64,000 bases of DNA from Candidatus Gottesmanbacteria bacterium (GCA_043801155.1 JAZDMI010000021.1:194683-258682); one strand, 5' to 3'. Shown: positions 26,990 through 38,261, counted from the first letter of the stretch. The notes: a model not told the origin generated them from the letters alone. Translations and numbers: made by a program.

Positions 26990-29301
26990 AAGGTTATTTA
27001 CAGAAGTTATGGCCGGTTTTATTTATACTACTTTTGTGGTTGATCTTCGCTTACCCATATTTTTTAGATAATAAAATTCCTTACCCCGCAACATATCAAG
27101 TTAACTTTTTTCCTCCCTGGAATGTTGAAGCGAAATTTTGGGGGCCGGTTAAAAATGGGGCTATGCCGGATTTGGTTACACAAATAATACCCTGGAAAAA
27201 ATTTACTATAGAGACACTTAAAAAAGGACAAATACCACTTTGGAATCCCTATAGCTTTGCTGGTAATCCGCACCTGGCAAATTTTCAATCGGCCGTACTT
27301 TCACCATTCAATATATTATTTTTTGTTTTACCGTTTGTCGATGCTTGGAGTCTTATAGTTATTGCGCAGCCTCTCTTAGCGGCTGTTTTTGTCTATCTAC
27401 TACTGCGAGAACTGGGAGTAAGCAAGATTGGGTCTTTAATTGCTTGTATATCCTTTATGTACTCCGGATTTATGGTTGTTTGGATGGCCTATGGTACATT
27501 ATCAATGGCTTTCTTATTCTTACCGTTAATGTTACTAGCCTTAGAAAAATTTTTAAAAAATCAAAATAGATCTTGGTTAATTATTTTTAGTTTATGTTTG
27601 CCGTTGTCTTTCTTTTCCGGACATTTCCAAACAAGTATGTACATGGTGATCTACTGTTTGATTTATCTTCTTCTGAAGTTAAATTATATTAAAAACTTTA
27701 AAAAATTATTCCCGATAGGTTTGGCGTTATTATTTGGACTTCTTCTGACATTACCTCAAGTATTACCCTCAATTGAACTTTATCAACAATCGATTAGAAA
27801 TGAACTTTTTGTAAAAAGTGGCGGGATACCGTTTTTTTATTTAATAAATATTTTCGCACCCGATTTTTTTGGGAATCCGGTAACCCGTAATGACTGGTTT
27901 GGTTATTACGCTGAATGGGCAAGTTTTATCGGTATTATTCCTTTAGTTCTTGGATTTTTTGCTATTGTTAAAAGGAAAAATAATACCCCGATGGTATTTT
28001 TTATTTCTGGAATTGTTGCCCTAATTTTAGCCATTGATTCACCCCTTCAATCATTTATAGGTAGTCTAAAAATCCCCGTGATATCGACTTCTGATCAAAA
28101 TAGAATTATTGTTCTTTTTAGTTTTTCGTTTAGTGTTCTGGCGGGTTTTGGTCTTGATAGGCTGGTTGAGTTAATTTCTCTTAAAGAAATAAAAAAAATC
28201 TTTATCAGACTAGGTTTAGTTAGTATTATCTTTGGGATTATTTGGATAATATTAATGTTTTCTCAACCAGTGCCTAATGTAAATCTGCAAATTGCTAGAA
28301 ATAATTTTATCCTACCGACATGTTTATTCATTTTCATGATAATACTTATATGTTTGTCTTTAAAAAATAAATCATTGTTATTACTAGTTTGTTTCTGTTT
28401 ATTGTTTGCAACATCATTTGACAGTTGGCGGTTCGCCAAAAAATGGATGCCGTTTGACTCTAGAGATTTGTTTTTTCCTGAAAGTCCAGTTGTAAATTTT
28501 ATCAAGAAAAATATTAATGGGAAAAGAATCTACGGTAATATTGAAGGCCAGGTCGGTAATTACTACAATATTAACTTAATCGAGGGATACGATCCTTTAT
28601 ATATTAAACGCTACGGAGAATTTATTAGAAGCGCTGTCAATGGTGAATTTTTAGAAAGTGAAAGATCAATTGTCCATCTTGACAGGCGAGGCTTATATAC
28701 TAAGCGGGTTCTTGATTTTCTTGCTGTGGACCTAGTTTTTCAACCCCTGGCTGATAAAGGCAAAAATTGGGCTTTTCCGGTATGGGCCGATAAAAATCAT
28801 TTTACGTCGATTTATAACGATGGAAAATTTGAACTTTATCGTAATAATTTAGCGTTACCAAAAGTAAAACTCTTTTATAATTATATAACCATTTCTGATG
28901 ATAAAAAAACACTTAAGTCATTTTATAATGAAAAATTTGATTTTAGAAATACGTTAATTTTTAAGCAAGATATCAATGAAAAAGTTACTAAAGGAGTAGG
29001 TAGCGCTACGATTGTCCAAGAATTACCAAACATGACTAGAATTAAGGTTAAATCTAATACTCCCGGCTTATTATTATTTACTGACAACAATTTCCCAGGA
29101 TGGAATGCAATAGTTGATAGTATTAATACTCCTATATATCCGGCTAATTTTAATTTTAAGGCAATTAAAATCGCTAAAGGAGACCATGATGTTTTATTTA
29201 TATACGAACCATTGAGCTTTCGAATAGGAATAATATTAGCACTCTTCGGAAGTTTAGGATTGGCGTTAACAGTTTTGTTAGCTAAAAAGACAAAAAATTG
29301 A
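26986..29301 (+). CDS. YfhO-family GT-C membrane protein (group C)
   Basis: DLVTQIIPWK, PLWNPYSFAGNPHLANFQSA, GHFQ, PDFFGNP, EGYDPLY, NNFPGW. Confidence 0.8.
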   Translation: MKGYLQKLWPVLFILLLWLIFAYPYFLDNKIPYPATYQVNFFPPWNVEAKFWGPVKNGAMPDLVTQIIPWKKFTIETLKKGQIPLWNPYSFAGNPHLANFQSAVLSPFNILFFVLPFVDAWSLIVIAQPLLAAVFVYLLLRELGVSKIGSLIACISFMYSGFMVVWMAYGTLSMAFLFLPLMLLALEKFLKNQNRSWLIIFSLCLPLSFFSGHFQTSMYMVIYCLIYLLLKLNYIKNFKKLFPIGLALLFGLLLTLPQVLPSIELYQQSIRNELFVKSGGIPFFYLINIFAPDFFGNPVTRNDWFGYYAEWASFIGIIPLVLGFFAIVKRKNNTPMVFFISGIVALILAIDSPLQSFIGSLKIPVISTSDQNRIIVLFSFSFSVLAGFGLDRLVELISLKEIKKIFIRLGLVSIIFGIIWIILMFSQPVPNVNLQIARNNFILPTCLFIFMIILICLSLKNKSLLLLVCFCLLFATSFDSWRFAKKWMPFDSRDLFFPESPVVNFIKKNINGKRIYGNIEGQVGNYYNINLIEGYDPLYIKRYGEFIRSAVNGEFLESERSIVHLDRRGLYTKRVLDFLAVDLVFQPLADKGKNWAFPVWADKNHFTSIYNDGKFELYRNNLALPKVKLFYNYITISDDKKTLKSFYNEKFDFRNTLIFKQDINEKVTKGVGSATIVQELPNMTRIKVKSNTPGLLLFTDNNFPGWNAIVDSINTPIYPANFNFKAIKIAKGDHDVLFIYEPLSFRIGIILALFGSLGLALTVLLAKKTKN

Positions 29302-29310
29302 TAAAATATT

Positions 29311-30372
29311 ATGGTGAAGATTGGTTTTTACGATCCTTATCTTGATAGTCTCGGTGGGGGAGAGCGTTATATATTAACACTGGCTCAAGATTTAAGTCAG
29401 AATAATCTAGTTGATATTTTTTGGGGTAATCAGGATATAAAGGACGGCGTAAAAAAGATTTTAGGTCTAAACATAGACAAAACGAGATTAGTGGAAAATA
29501 TTTTTACTCGTAAAAAAAATTTACTCGAAAAATTGAGTATAACTAGTAAGTATGACCTGATTTTTTTCCTAAGCGACGGAAGCATTCCCAGCACCCTAGC
29601 TAAAAAGAACATTCTTCATTTCCAAATACCGTTTAATCATCTAAAAACAAATACGATTATTAATAAAATAAAACTTTTTCGATTTAATAAAATCATCTGT
29701 AATTCTCTTTTTACCAAAAAATTTATCGATATTACTTACGGAGTAGATAGTCTAGTCATATATCCTCCAGTTAATACAATAAATTACCCTGAACTTTCGA
29801 AAAAGAATCTAATATTAAACGTTGGTCGATTTACCAGCTATCATGAATGCAAAAAACAACAGGTTATGATTGATATTTTTAAAACAATGGTTGATCAGGG
29901 ATTAAAAAAATGGGATTTCTATTTGGCTGGAGGTCTGTTAGATGCCGATAAACCATATTTTCAAAAATTAAAAGAGCAGATTAACGGTTATCCGATTAAA
30001 CTGTTTCCAAATATTCCTTTAACTGATCTTAGAAGTCTATATAGTCAGGCAAGAATTTATTGGCACGCAAATGGTTTTGGCGAAGATGAGCAGGTGAATC
30101 CGGAACTTTTTGAACATTTTGGTATTTCTGCAGTTGAAGCTATGGCCGCCGGAGCGGTTCCCTTTCTTTATGATGGCGGCGGGCATAAAGAAATCATAAA
30201 TAAAGAATGTGGTTTTCTTTGGCGAAATAAAGAAGAGTTGATTGTTCAGACAAATTCAGTTTTATATGATGACAGTATCCTTCTCAAATATTCGATCGAG
30301 GCTAGAAAAAGAGCTCAAGACTTTTCTTGCGAAACCTTCTTAAGGAGAATGAATGAGACCATTTTTAACTAA
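29311..30372 (+). CDS. GT4 (GT-B fold) glycosyltransferase
   Basis: GGGERY, CNSLFT, VIYPPV, VGRF, EHFGISAVEAMAAG (EX7E). Confidence 0.88.
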   Translation: MVKIGFYDPYLDSLGGGERYILTLAQDLSQNNLVDIFWGNQDIKDGVKKILGLNIDKTRLVENIFTRKKNLLEKLSITSKYDLIFFLSDGSIPSTLAKKNILHFQIPFNHLKTNTIINKIKLFRFNKIICNSLFTKKFIDITYGVDSLVIYPPVNTINYPELSKKNLILNVGRFTSYHECKKQQVMIDIFKTMVDQGLKKWDFYLAGGLLDADKPYFQKLKEQINGYPIKLFPNIPLTDLRSLYSQARIYWHANGFGEDEQVNPELFEHFGISAVEAMAAGAVPFLYDGGGHKEIINKECGFLWRNKEELIVQTNSVLYDDSILLKYSIEARKRAQDFSCETFLRRMNETIFN

Positions 30373-32671
30373 ATACTGGCCCCTTATCTTTATCTTGCTG
30401 GTTAATATAATTTTTTTTAAATCCTGGTTACTTGATAAAAAACTTCCAATTCCAGCAGACACAATCGTTGGTATGTATCATCCCTGGAGAGATTTTTACC
30501 GCCAAGAATATCCCAATGGAATACCTTTTAAAAATTTTCTTATCACGGATCCGGTTCGGCAACAATATGTTTGGCGAAAACAAGTAATCGAGCTTTTGCA
30601 AGATCGACAATTGCCCTTATGGAATCCTTATAATTTTTCCGGGATGCCGCTTTTAGCCAATTTCCAATCAGCCTCTTTCTACCCATTAAATATATTATTT
30701 TTCTTACTTCCATTTAATTCCGCTTGGAGTTTTTTAGTTTTTCTTCAACCTTTGTTAGCCGGGATTTTCTTGTATCTATATCTTAAGAATTTACACCTTA
30801 ACCAATGGTCAAGTTTATTTGGTAGCATAATATTTTCTTTTGGTGGTTTTTCGATTGCTTGGCTTGAATGGAATACTATCCTGCATGTAGGATTATGGTT
30901 ACCTTTGATCATGCTTTCAATCGATAAAATCATAAATAATTCTAAAAAGATAGAAAAGGAAAAACCGCAATTGCTTTTAAAAAATAGGAATATGGCAAGA
31001 TGGTCTTTTATTTTTGTTTTAAGCTTATGTTCCTCATTTTTTGCCGGCCACCTTCAGGTCTTTTTTTATATCGCTAGCTTTTCTCTCATTTATTTATTAG
31101 CTAAATGGTGGTATTACGGCCACAATCGAAGAATACTATCAATCTTTGTTATCTGCTATTTACTATTTGTTGTCATTACTTCAATTCAGTGGTTACCTAC
31201 ATGGCAATTAATAAATTTTAGCGCTCGAGATTTTAACCAAATGAATTGGCAGCAGGTCGGATGGTTTGTTCCCTGGCAAAATCTTATTCAGTTTATTGCG
31301 CCTGATTTTTTTGGTAATCCGACTACCTTAAATTATTGGGGGGAATGGAATTATGGCGAGTTTATTGGTTATATTGGAATTATACCGCTTATCTTTACGT
31401 TACCAATTCTTATATGGAAAAGAAATAAAAATATTCTCTTTTTTGGTGGTATTTTGATCATTTCATTATCTTTAGTCCTGCCGACCCCTATTGCAAAAAT
31501 TCCCTATTTATTACAAATCCCTTTGTTGTCAACCAGCCAACCAACCCGGCTGTTATTCTTAATTGATTTCTTATTATCTATTTTAGCGGCGTTAGGACTG
31601 GAACAGTTAATTAATGAGATAGATAATCCGAATCAGATAAAGAAGCTCATAAAAACCTGTCTATTGCTGGGATTTTTCTTTGGAGGATTATGGTTATTAA
31701 TTTTATTTGGACAAAAATGGGTAAATATATCTTTAGAAAATATTATGATTGCTAAACGCAATCTGATTCTACCGACAATCTTATTTATCGGCAGCGCGAT
31801 TTTTTTTATATGCTTATTATTTGTTCGTGTTAAACAAAAATACACGACAATAATATGTATCGTGATTTTAATTATTACTGTTTTTGATTTATTCAGATTC
31901 GGATGGAAATTTACTCCATTTACTAAAGAGAATTGGCTTTTTCCGCAAACAAAAATAACACAATTTTTATTGAATCAGACTAAGCCGTACCGCATTATGG
32001 CAATTGATAGCCGTATTTTTCCACCTAATTTTGCATCTTTTTATCAGTTAGAAGACGTATCCGGCTATGATCCTTTATACCTTAAGGCCTATGGTCAATT
32101 AGTCTCATCTTGGAATAGTGGTAAGCCCGATTTTTCACCTGTTTCTTTTAATCGGATTTTAACACCGCAGAATTATGATTCTCGTATAACTGACCTTTTA
32201 AATATCAAGTATATATTAAGCCTTAAAAATGAATCATCAGTAAAATTGAAATTAGTTTACACTGAAGGTGAGACAAGAATATATGAGAATATTAATGCTT
32301 TTCCGCGTGCTTTTTTAACCTTTGACTATATAAACGCTGATAGCGATAATCAGGCGCTGCAAATGCTATTCAATAAGAATATTAATTTGAGAAAAACAGC
32401 CATTATCACTCATGCTCAAGGTATTAAGCTTGATGGCGAAGATAACCAAAGCAAAATACGGATAATTGAATATAAACCGCAAGAAATTACATTTGCTACA
32501 ACAACTGCAAAACCGGCGATATTAGTTTTGTCACAAATTTATTACCCGGGTTGGCAGGTAAAAATAGACGGTATAAAAGATAAATTAGGTCTTTTAAAGG
32601 TTAATTACGCGTTAAGTGGTATATTTATCCCCTCAGGAAACCACCAAATTAATATTTATTCATTGTTATGA
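30353..32671 (+). CDS. YfhO-family GT-C membrane protein (group C)
   Basis: DPVRQQYVWR, PLWNPYNFSGMPLLANFQSA, GHLQ, PDFFGNP, SGYDPLY, YYPGW. Lacks the terminal TM segment. Confidence 0.8.
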   Translation: MRPFLTKYWPLIFILLVNIIFFKSWLLDKKLPIPADTIVGMYHPWRDFYRQEYPNGIPFKNFLITDPVRQQYVWRKQVIELLQDRQLPLWNPYNFSGMPLLANFQSASFYPLNILFFLLPFNSAWSFLVFLQPLLAGIFLYLYLKNLHLNQWSSLFGSIIFSFGGFSIAWLEWNTILHVGLWLPLIMLSIDKIINNSKKIEKEKPQLLLKNRNMARWSFIFVLSLCSSFFAGHLQVFFYIASFSLIYLLAKWWYYGHNRRILSIFVICYLLFVVITSIQWLPTWQLINFSARDFNQMNWQQVGWFVPWQNLIQFIAPDFFGNPTTLNYWGEWNYGEFIGYIGIIPLIFTLPILIWKRNKNILFFGGILIISLSLVLPTPIAKIPYLLQIPLLSTSQPTRLLFLIDFLLSILAALGLEQLINEIDNPNQIKKLIKTCLLLGFFFGGLWLLILFGQKWVNISLENIMIAKRNLILPTILFIGSAIFFICLLFVRVKQKYTTIICIVILIITVFDLFRFGWKFTPFTKENWLFPQTKITQFLLNQTKPYRIMAIDSRIFPPNFASFYQLEDVSGYDPLYLKAYGQLVSSWNSGKPDFSPVSFNRILTPQNYDSRITDLLNIKYILSLKNESSVKLKLVYTEGETRIYENINAFPRAFLTFDYINADSDNQALQMLFNKNINLRKTAIITHAQGIKLDGEDNQSKIRIIEYKPQEITFATTTAKPAILVLSQIYYPGWQVKIDGIKDKLGLLKVNYALSGIFIPSGNHQINIYSLL
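31145..31172 (+). repeat. Intragenic degenerate heptamer array x4
   Basis: TTTGTTA TCTGCTA TTTACTA TTTGTTG, encoding FVICYLLFV. Confidence 0.6.
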
Positions 32672-35142
32672 AGCTCCAGCAAATTTTTGATCCCTTTAGA
32701 AAATTCTTAGTTCCGTCTGTCTTGTTGATAATTATATTTATCTATTTTTATCCTTATATCGTTAACAAACAGCCATTATTATCGGGTAACCTATTAATAT
32801 CTTTTTATAGCCCATGGAAGTATGAGCCTTTTATAGGCTGGGAGCATGGAATACCAAATAAACCTTTAGGGATTGATGGCCTGCGGTTTTTTTACCCGCT
32901 TAAGAAAGAAATCCTAAATCAGCTTAATGAAAATAAAATTCCGTTATGGAATCCTTACAATTTCAGTGGTAATGTTCTTTTGGGGAATTTACAGTCAGCG
33001 GTTCTTTACCCGATAAATCTATTATATTTCTTTACTTCTTTTAACAATGCCTGGTCTTTATCAATTATCTTGGTTCCTTTAATAAGTGGGATTTTTACAT
33101 ACCTACTGCTTAGGTCATATTTATTATCGAAAGCATCATCGTTTTTTGGAGCAATCAGCTTTGCTTTTTGCGGTTTTCTTATTAGCTGGGATCTGGAAAA
33201 CCCTGCCGTTACCCATTCGGCAATCTGGCTACCGGCGGTTATTTATGGTGTTAAAAAATTTGTTGAATCTAAGCGCCTGCTTTTTTGGTATTTAAGTATT
33301 TTTGGAATAATATTTTCGATATTAGCAGGCTTTTTACAATTCTCAATTTATTTATGGCTATACTCACTGTCATTTACAATAGCCGTTTTTCTTAAATTAA
33401 AAAAAACTGAGCAAAAAAGATTACTTACACCCTTATCATTAATTTTCTTATTATCATTAGTAATTACAGCGGTTCAGTTACTGCCCTCTTTAGAAGCATA
33501 TTTTAATTCTACAAGGGAGACGTCATCGGCTGAATATCTATTGCATCAATATCTTTTGCCTATTACCTCTTTAATGACATTGGTTATCCCGGATATTTTT
33601 GGCAACCCCGGCACATATAATTATTATAGCAGCGGTTTTTATTACGACAAGATTATTTATGTTGGTTTATTACCCTTATTATTTTCATTCTATCAATTTT
33701 ACAGTAATCGGAAAGTGGTTAGTTTTTTTCTGATTTGGGTATATATTTGTTTCCTGCTGGGTATAAATAATCCTTTGTCACAGCTTTTTTACCACCTTAA
33801 GATTCCTTTCCTATCAGCTGTATCACCAAGCCGGATTTTTTACCTGTCATCTTTTTCTATTGCGGTAATATCTGCTTTTGGTTTTGAAAGCTGGAAGAAC
33901 GAATTTAATATACGTAAACTGTTTAAAGCTATTGTATCGGTATCTGTTTTATTTGGCATAGGTGGTGTTTTTATTGTTCTTAAAACGTTAACGCAGTTAA
34001 CTGATATACCGATAAATCCAATATCAAAAGATATTTATCTATCGATTTTTCCTGGGGTTTCGTTAGAAAGCAAATATACAATAATTGCTTTAAGAAATTT
34101 CATATTTCCGTTGGCCATTTTTATTATTACCGTTATATCTCTTTTATTAATGAAGAAAATAAAATCTTTAAAGAATATATTTATTCTTTTATTAATTACT
34201 TTATTAATATGGCATCAATATTATTTATTCAAAAAACACTTCTTTTCTACTAATGAAAACTTTATTTTTCCCGAAACTAAAGCAATATCTTTTTTAAAAG
34301 AAAATTCAGGTATAGATCGTATCTTGGGAATTGGTTCAGCGCAGATTAGTCCTAATTTATTATCGGTATATCACCTATTCTCAACGGACGGAATGGATCC
34401 GCTATGTCCAAAAAGATACGGTGAATTAATCTATTATATAAATAACGGCTATTCTAATACCGACATCCCCAGAATTGAAGCAAAAATCGATATTCTGACT
34501 CCCGATGATATTCTCAACCAAAGAAAAATTAAAGCCATTTCTTTTATGGGTATTAAATATTTGCTTGTTCCAACTACCGGACAAGACCAAAAGGCGGAAA
34601 AATATACTTTACCCACAACTAATTTTATTAAAGTATGGGCTCAAGATAATCTGGAAATATGGCAAAATAAACAATATTTCCCCCGGTGCTGGATTGTAAA
34701 TAATATATCAGTCATAAATGACGACAATGCGATTCTTAAGCAGATGTTTGCCGACGATTTTGATTTACGAAATAAAGCTATCCTGGAAGAAGAACCACAA
34801 CTTAGTTTAGGTTATAATAATACTAGACCGAATAATGTCCGAATAATAAGTTACCAAGCCGACCGGATTAGTATCACAACGAAAACAGAAGAAAATGGAA
34901 TTCTTGTTTGTAGCGATAATTATTATCCCGGTTGGCAGGCAAGTATTGATGGGCAACAGACAAAAATCTATCGAGCTAATTATTCTTTCAGGGCGATAAT
35001 CATTCCGGCAGGAGAACATAGAATTTCTTTTATATATAAACCTTTCGTGTTAAAGATTGGATTGATAATATCAATAGCGGGTTTTATAGTATTAATTACA
35101 TATGGTGGGTATTCTAGAATAATTCAAAAAAGAAGAAAATAA
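32668..35142 (+). CDS. YfhO-family GT-C membrane protein (group C)
   Basis: DGLRFFYPLK, PLWNPYNFSGNVLLGNLQSA, PDIFGNP, DGMDPL, DNYYPGW..YRANYSFRAI.IPAGEH. Confidence 0.8.
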   Translation: MKLQQIFDPFRKFLVPSVLLIIIFIYFYPYIVNKQPLLSGNLLISFYSPWKYEPFIGWEHGIPNKPLGIDGLRFFYPLKKEILNQLNENKIPLWNPYNFSGNVLLGNLQSAVLYPINLLYFFTSFNNAWSLSIILVPLISGIFTYLLLRSYLLSKASSFFGAISFAFCGFLISWDLENPAVTHSAIWLPAVIYGVKKFVESKRLLFWYLSIFGIIFSILAGFLQFSIYLWLYSLSFTIAVFLKLKKTEQKRLLTPLSLIFLLSLVITAVQLLPSLEAYFNSTRETSSAEYLLHQYLLPITSLMTLVIPDIFGNPGTYNYYSSGFYYDKIIYVGLLPLLFSFYQFYSNRKVVSFFLIWVYICFLLGINNPLSQLFYHLKIPFLSAVSPSRIFYLSSFSIAVISAFGFESWKNEFNIRKLFKAIVSVSVLFGIGGVFIVLKTLTQLTDIPINPISKDIYLSIFPGVSLESKYTIIALRNFIFPLAIFIITVISLLLMKKIKSLKNIFILLLITLLIWHQYYLFKKHFFSTNENFIFPETKAISFLKENSGIDRILGIGSAQISPNLLSVYHLFSTDGMDPLCPKRYGELIYYINNGYSNTDIPRIEAKIDILTPDDILNQRKIKAISFMGIKYLLVPTTGQDQKAEKYTLPTTNFIKVWAQDNLEIWQNKQYFPRCWIVNNISVINDDNAILKQMFADDFDLRNKAILEEEPQLSLGYNNTRPNNVRIISYQADRISITTKTEENGILVCSDNYYPGWQASIDGQQTKIYRANYSFRAIIIPAGEHRISFIYKPFVLKIGLIISIAGFIVLITYGGYSRIIQKRRK

Positions 35143-35144
35143 AT

Positions 35145-36062
35145 ATGTTAACCTCAATCATTATTCCCAATTTTAACGGCGGAGAACTGCTTGAAAAAAA
35201 CCTACCAGAGATTCTTAAAACAGGTGTCGATGAAGTAATTATAGTTGACGATGGCTCATCTGATAATAGCCTTGAAAGAATTAAAAAGATAAAACAGGAA
35301 TCCAGTGATAACATATGTAATCTGAAAATTATTGAGAATAATAAAAACTTAGGATTTGCTTCATCTGTTAACCGAGGGGTAGCAGCAGCGATTGGAGATA
35401 TTGTTATACTTCTAAATACTGATATCACTCCTGAAGCAAATTTTATCAAACCTCTGATTGATGATTTCCAGGATCAAAACATTTTCGCGGTTGGCTGTAT
35501 GGATAAAAGTATCGAAGACAATTACACTATTTTACGAGGCCGAGGTGTCGCCAAATGGGAAAGGGGTTTATTGGTTCATGATCGTGGTGAAATTGACAGC
35601 TCTGATACATTTTGGGTATCAGGAGGGAGTGGTGCCTTCCGTAGGCGTATGTGGATTGAACTTGGCGGTATGGATAATATTTATTTTCCCTTTTATTGGG
35701 AGGATATTGATCTTTCCTATAGGGCACTAAAAGCTGGCTATCAAATTTTATTTGATTCCAGAAGCGTTGTTGTCCACCAACATGAAGAGGGAATTATTAA
35801 GAAAAAATATAAACCTTTATATATAAAGACTGTTTCATATCGAAACCAATTCATATTCGTTTGGAAGAATATTACAGATTTTAAAATGCTTTCGTCTAAC
35901 GTTTTTTGGCTACCGTATTATCTAATCAAATCGTTATTAACTTGTGATTTTTCATTTTATATTGGTCTACTATGGTTTTTGCTTAAACTTCCCCAGGTTA
36001 TAACTACTCGCAGAAACGTTAGGAAATTCTTTGTTAAGCTGGATAAAGAAATAATTTTATGA
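35145..36062 (+). CDS. GT2, rhamnosyl/galactofuranosyltransferase-like
   Basis: IIPNFNG, VDDGSSD, NLGFA..VNRG, LLNTD, GG.D..Y.PFYWEDIDLSYRA. Confidence 0.85.
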   Translation: MLTSIIIPNFNGGELLEKNLPEILKTGVDEVIIVDDGSSDNSLERIKKIKQESSDNICNLKIIENNKNLGFASSVNRGVAAAIGDIVILLNTDITPEANFIKPLIDDFQDQNIFAVGCMDKSIEDNYTILRGRGVAKWERGLLVHDRGEIDSSDTFWVSGGSGAFRRRMWIELGGMDNIYFPFYWEDIDLSYRALKAGYQILFDSRSVVVHQHEEGIIKKKYKPLYIKTVSYRNQFIFVWKNITDFKMLSSNVFWLPYYLIKSLLTCDFSFYIGLLWFLLKLPQVITTRRNVRKFFVKLDKEIIL

Positions 36063-37588
36063 TCATGAGAACATTTTATTCCCTTAAGACATTATATGTT
36101 TTGATTATATTAATTTTTTTTGCTTTTAGCTGGAAATCTTTTCAGTCACACATCTTTAATATTCATTTTGTCGATGAGGATGAAAACATAGTAGCCGGAT
36201 ACTATATGGCTAGGGGTGAAAAATTATATTCTGACATTTTTTCCCACAAGCAGCCTTTACCGGCGATAACGAGTATGGCTCTTCAAAAAACGGTTGACCC
36301 GCCCAACCTGTTTATGTTAATGAAAAGACACCGCGAAATAGTTTTTTTTTATTCAATTATTTGGTCGTTAATATTTATCTGGGTATTTGGGATACCGGGG
36401 TTTATATATAGTATTAGTATCGAAATTATAAAACCATTTCTTCTTGGAAATCTCTTTTTAGGGGAGTCTCTGGCAATTTTCCCGGCAGTATATATCATGG
36501 GATTTTTTTGGAAGCTGTTGCGACGGGAAAAATATATTCATCGACTTGAAAAGACTATATTTATTGCCAGTCTCGGGCTGTTATTGTTTTTACTTTTTAC
36601 ACTGATTCCGTACCTCATTTTGTCCACCATAGTCATTCTCATTTTTTCTAAAAGTAGAAGAAAATATATATTGTCGATTATATCGTTTATCCTATTATTA
36701 TTTATTTGTACTATTCCTTTTGTGAATTACCTAAAATATTTTGCCAATACCGTCCTGGCACTACAGACGCTTTATCTTAAAGATACCGCCGGAGCCGGGC
36801 TATGGACAATTATTACCAATTCCTTTTTTCGACCGATTATTGCCCTGACAAGTGTTGACAACTCTGATTTTGCACGTCTAATTAAAATAATTTCCGCGAC
36901 ATATATCATTAGCTTCATTTATCTTTTTTTAGTGAAGAAACAAGTAAGAAAATTTTTAATAATTTCGTTGATACTTTTAGGAATTTCCAGTACCAGGTTA
37001 ATCGTTCCGACAACTGCTCTCTATGATGGCTTTCATGGCCTGCCCTGGCTTGCCTTGATATTATTTTTATCGATACTGTATTTATGGGAAATTTGGCAGA
37101 CGAAGTTGATTATGAAATTCTTGGTAATTATATTAATGGGATATATCGGATTATCCGGTAGATTCATGGTTACGGACTATTATCAAAAAGTGGATCGTGA
37201 AAGAGATTTTTATATAAATTTTTCTCCTTATCGGGATTTTGGGGAAATAATAAAACAACGGGCAAAACCAACAGATACTCTTATAGTTTTACCTATTAAT
37301 CAATTGATTTATTGGCAAAGCGGACTTCGACATGCCACTAGATTTTTATATGGTTATGAATGGTTGTTCGTTAATCCATCAATTAGACAGGAAATTAAGA
37401 ATAGTATTAATAAAGAATCTCCAGTATTTATTTATTATGATCGAGCGATCATGGGTAAAGATGCTTGGAGTATTTTTGATAAGTATGTAGATAGTTATAC
37501 CAGGTATAAACAAGGAGATACACAAACACCTCTTTTTATTCGTAAAGACAGATTTAACAATATAATATCCGACACCAAGAATGAGTAA
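36059..37588 (+). CDS. GT-C-like membrane protein (singleton)
   Basis: FVDEDEN..AGY.M..GEKLYSDIFSHKQPLP after TM1. Polytopic, with soluble C-terminus (IYWQSG..HATRF). Confidence 0.65.
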   Translation: MIMRTFYSLKTLYVLIILIFFAFSWKSFQSHIFNIHFVDEDENIVAGYYMARGEKLYSDIFSHKQPLPAITSMALQKTVDPPNLFMLMKRHREIVFFYSIIWSLIFIWVFGIPGFIYSISIEIIKPFLLGNLFLGESLAIFPAVYIMGFFWKLLRREKYIHRLEKTIFIASLGLLLFLLFTLIPYLILSTIVILIFSKSRRKYILSIISFILLLFICTIPFVNYLKYFANTVLALQTLYLKDTAGAGLWTIITNSFFRPIIALTSVDNSDFARLIKIISATYIISFIYLFLVKKQVRKFLIISLILLGISSTRLIVPTTALYDGFHGLPWLALILFLSILYLWEIWQTKLIMKFLVIILMGYIGLSGRFMVTDYYQKVDRERDFYINFSPYRDFGEIIKQRAKPTDTLIVLPINQLIYWQSGLRHATRFLYGYEWLFVNPSIRQEIKNSINKESPVFIYYDRAIMGKDAWSIFDKYVDSYTRYKQGDTQTPLFIRKDRFNNIISDTKNE

Positions 37589-38261
37589 TAGAAATAAGAT
37601 AATAATTTTTGTAATCTGCTTTTTAATTTTAACTTTAGCTATTATCGGGAATAATTCCTTAAAAAGAAAATTTCTCCTAACGGATAATCACGGTATAGTT
37701 TACTTTGATTCTGTAGTTAAAAAACCATTAGCAAAAATAAAACAAAATCAAATCGTTCCCGAAAATGATTTAAAAAGTTATATACAACTAACAAATAAAA
37801 GCTTCCCCTTTACATTTTATTATCCGAAAACATTGCTTCGAGAAGATTCTGATCTTAATGTCAATTTAAAAATTAGTGGTTTTGAAGAATATTTTACTTT
37901 ACCCCCGATATTAGCCGCCGAAGCTTATTCGTATCCTGGCAAATTAGGGAATCCGGAAAAAACTGAAAATAATTGGACAACATTGTTACGGGTGATTTCG
38001 TGTATAGGTGATTCAAAAAATATTGAATTATGGCTGGACGATTTTTACGATAAAGATTCAATTAAAAACATTATTACGGTTAACGGAAATCAGTTTATTC
38101 AATATGAAAAACTATTTGGTCAAAAATTAAACAAGATATTAATAGCAAACAGGAATGGTTATATAGCCATGATTATGCTTTCGTCCAACAATAGTAAAGA
38201 TTTCCTCGAGGGAGAGAAGATGTTAAATATAATAATTAATACTTTTAAATGGATAAAATGA
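37581..38261 (+). CDS. Membrane-anchored exported hypothetical protein (weak PsbP-like signal)
   Basis: One N-terminal hydrophobic segment, FTFYYP motif, C-terminal IINTFKW. Confidence 0.5.
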   Translation: MSNRNKIIIFVICFLILTLAIIGNNSLKRKFLLTDNHGIVYFDSVVKKPLAKIKQNQIVPENDLKSYIQLTNKSFPFTFYYPKTLLREDSDLNVNLKISGFEEYFTLPPILAAEAYSYPGKLGNPEKTENNWTTLLRVISCIGDSKNIELWLDDFYDKDSIKNIITVNGNQFIQYEKLFGQKLNKILIANRNGYIAMIMLSSNNSKDFLEGEKMLNIIINTFKWIK

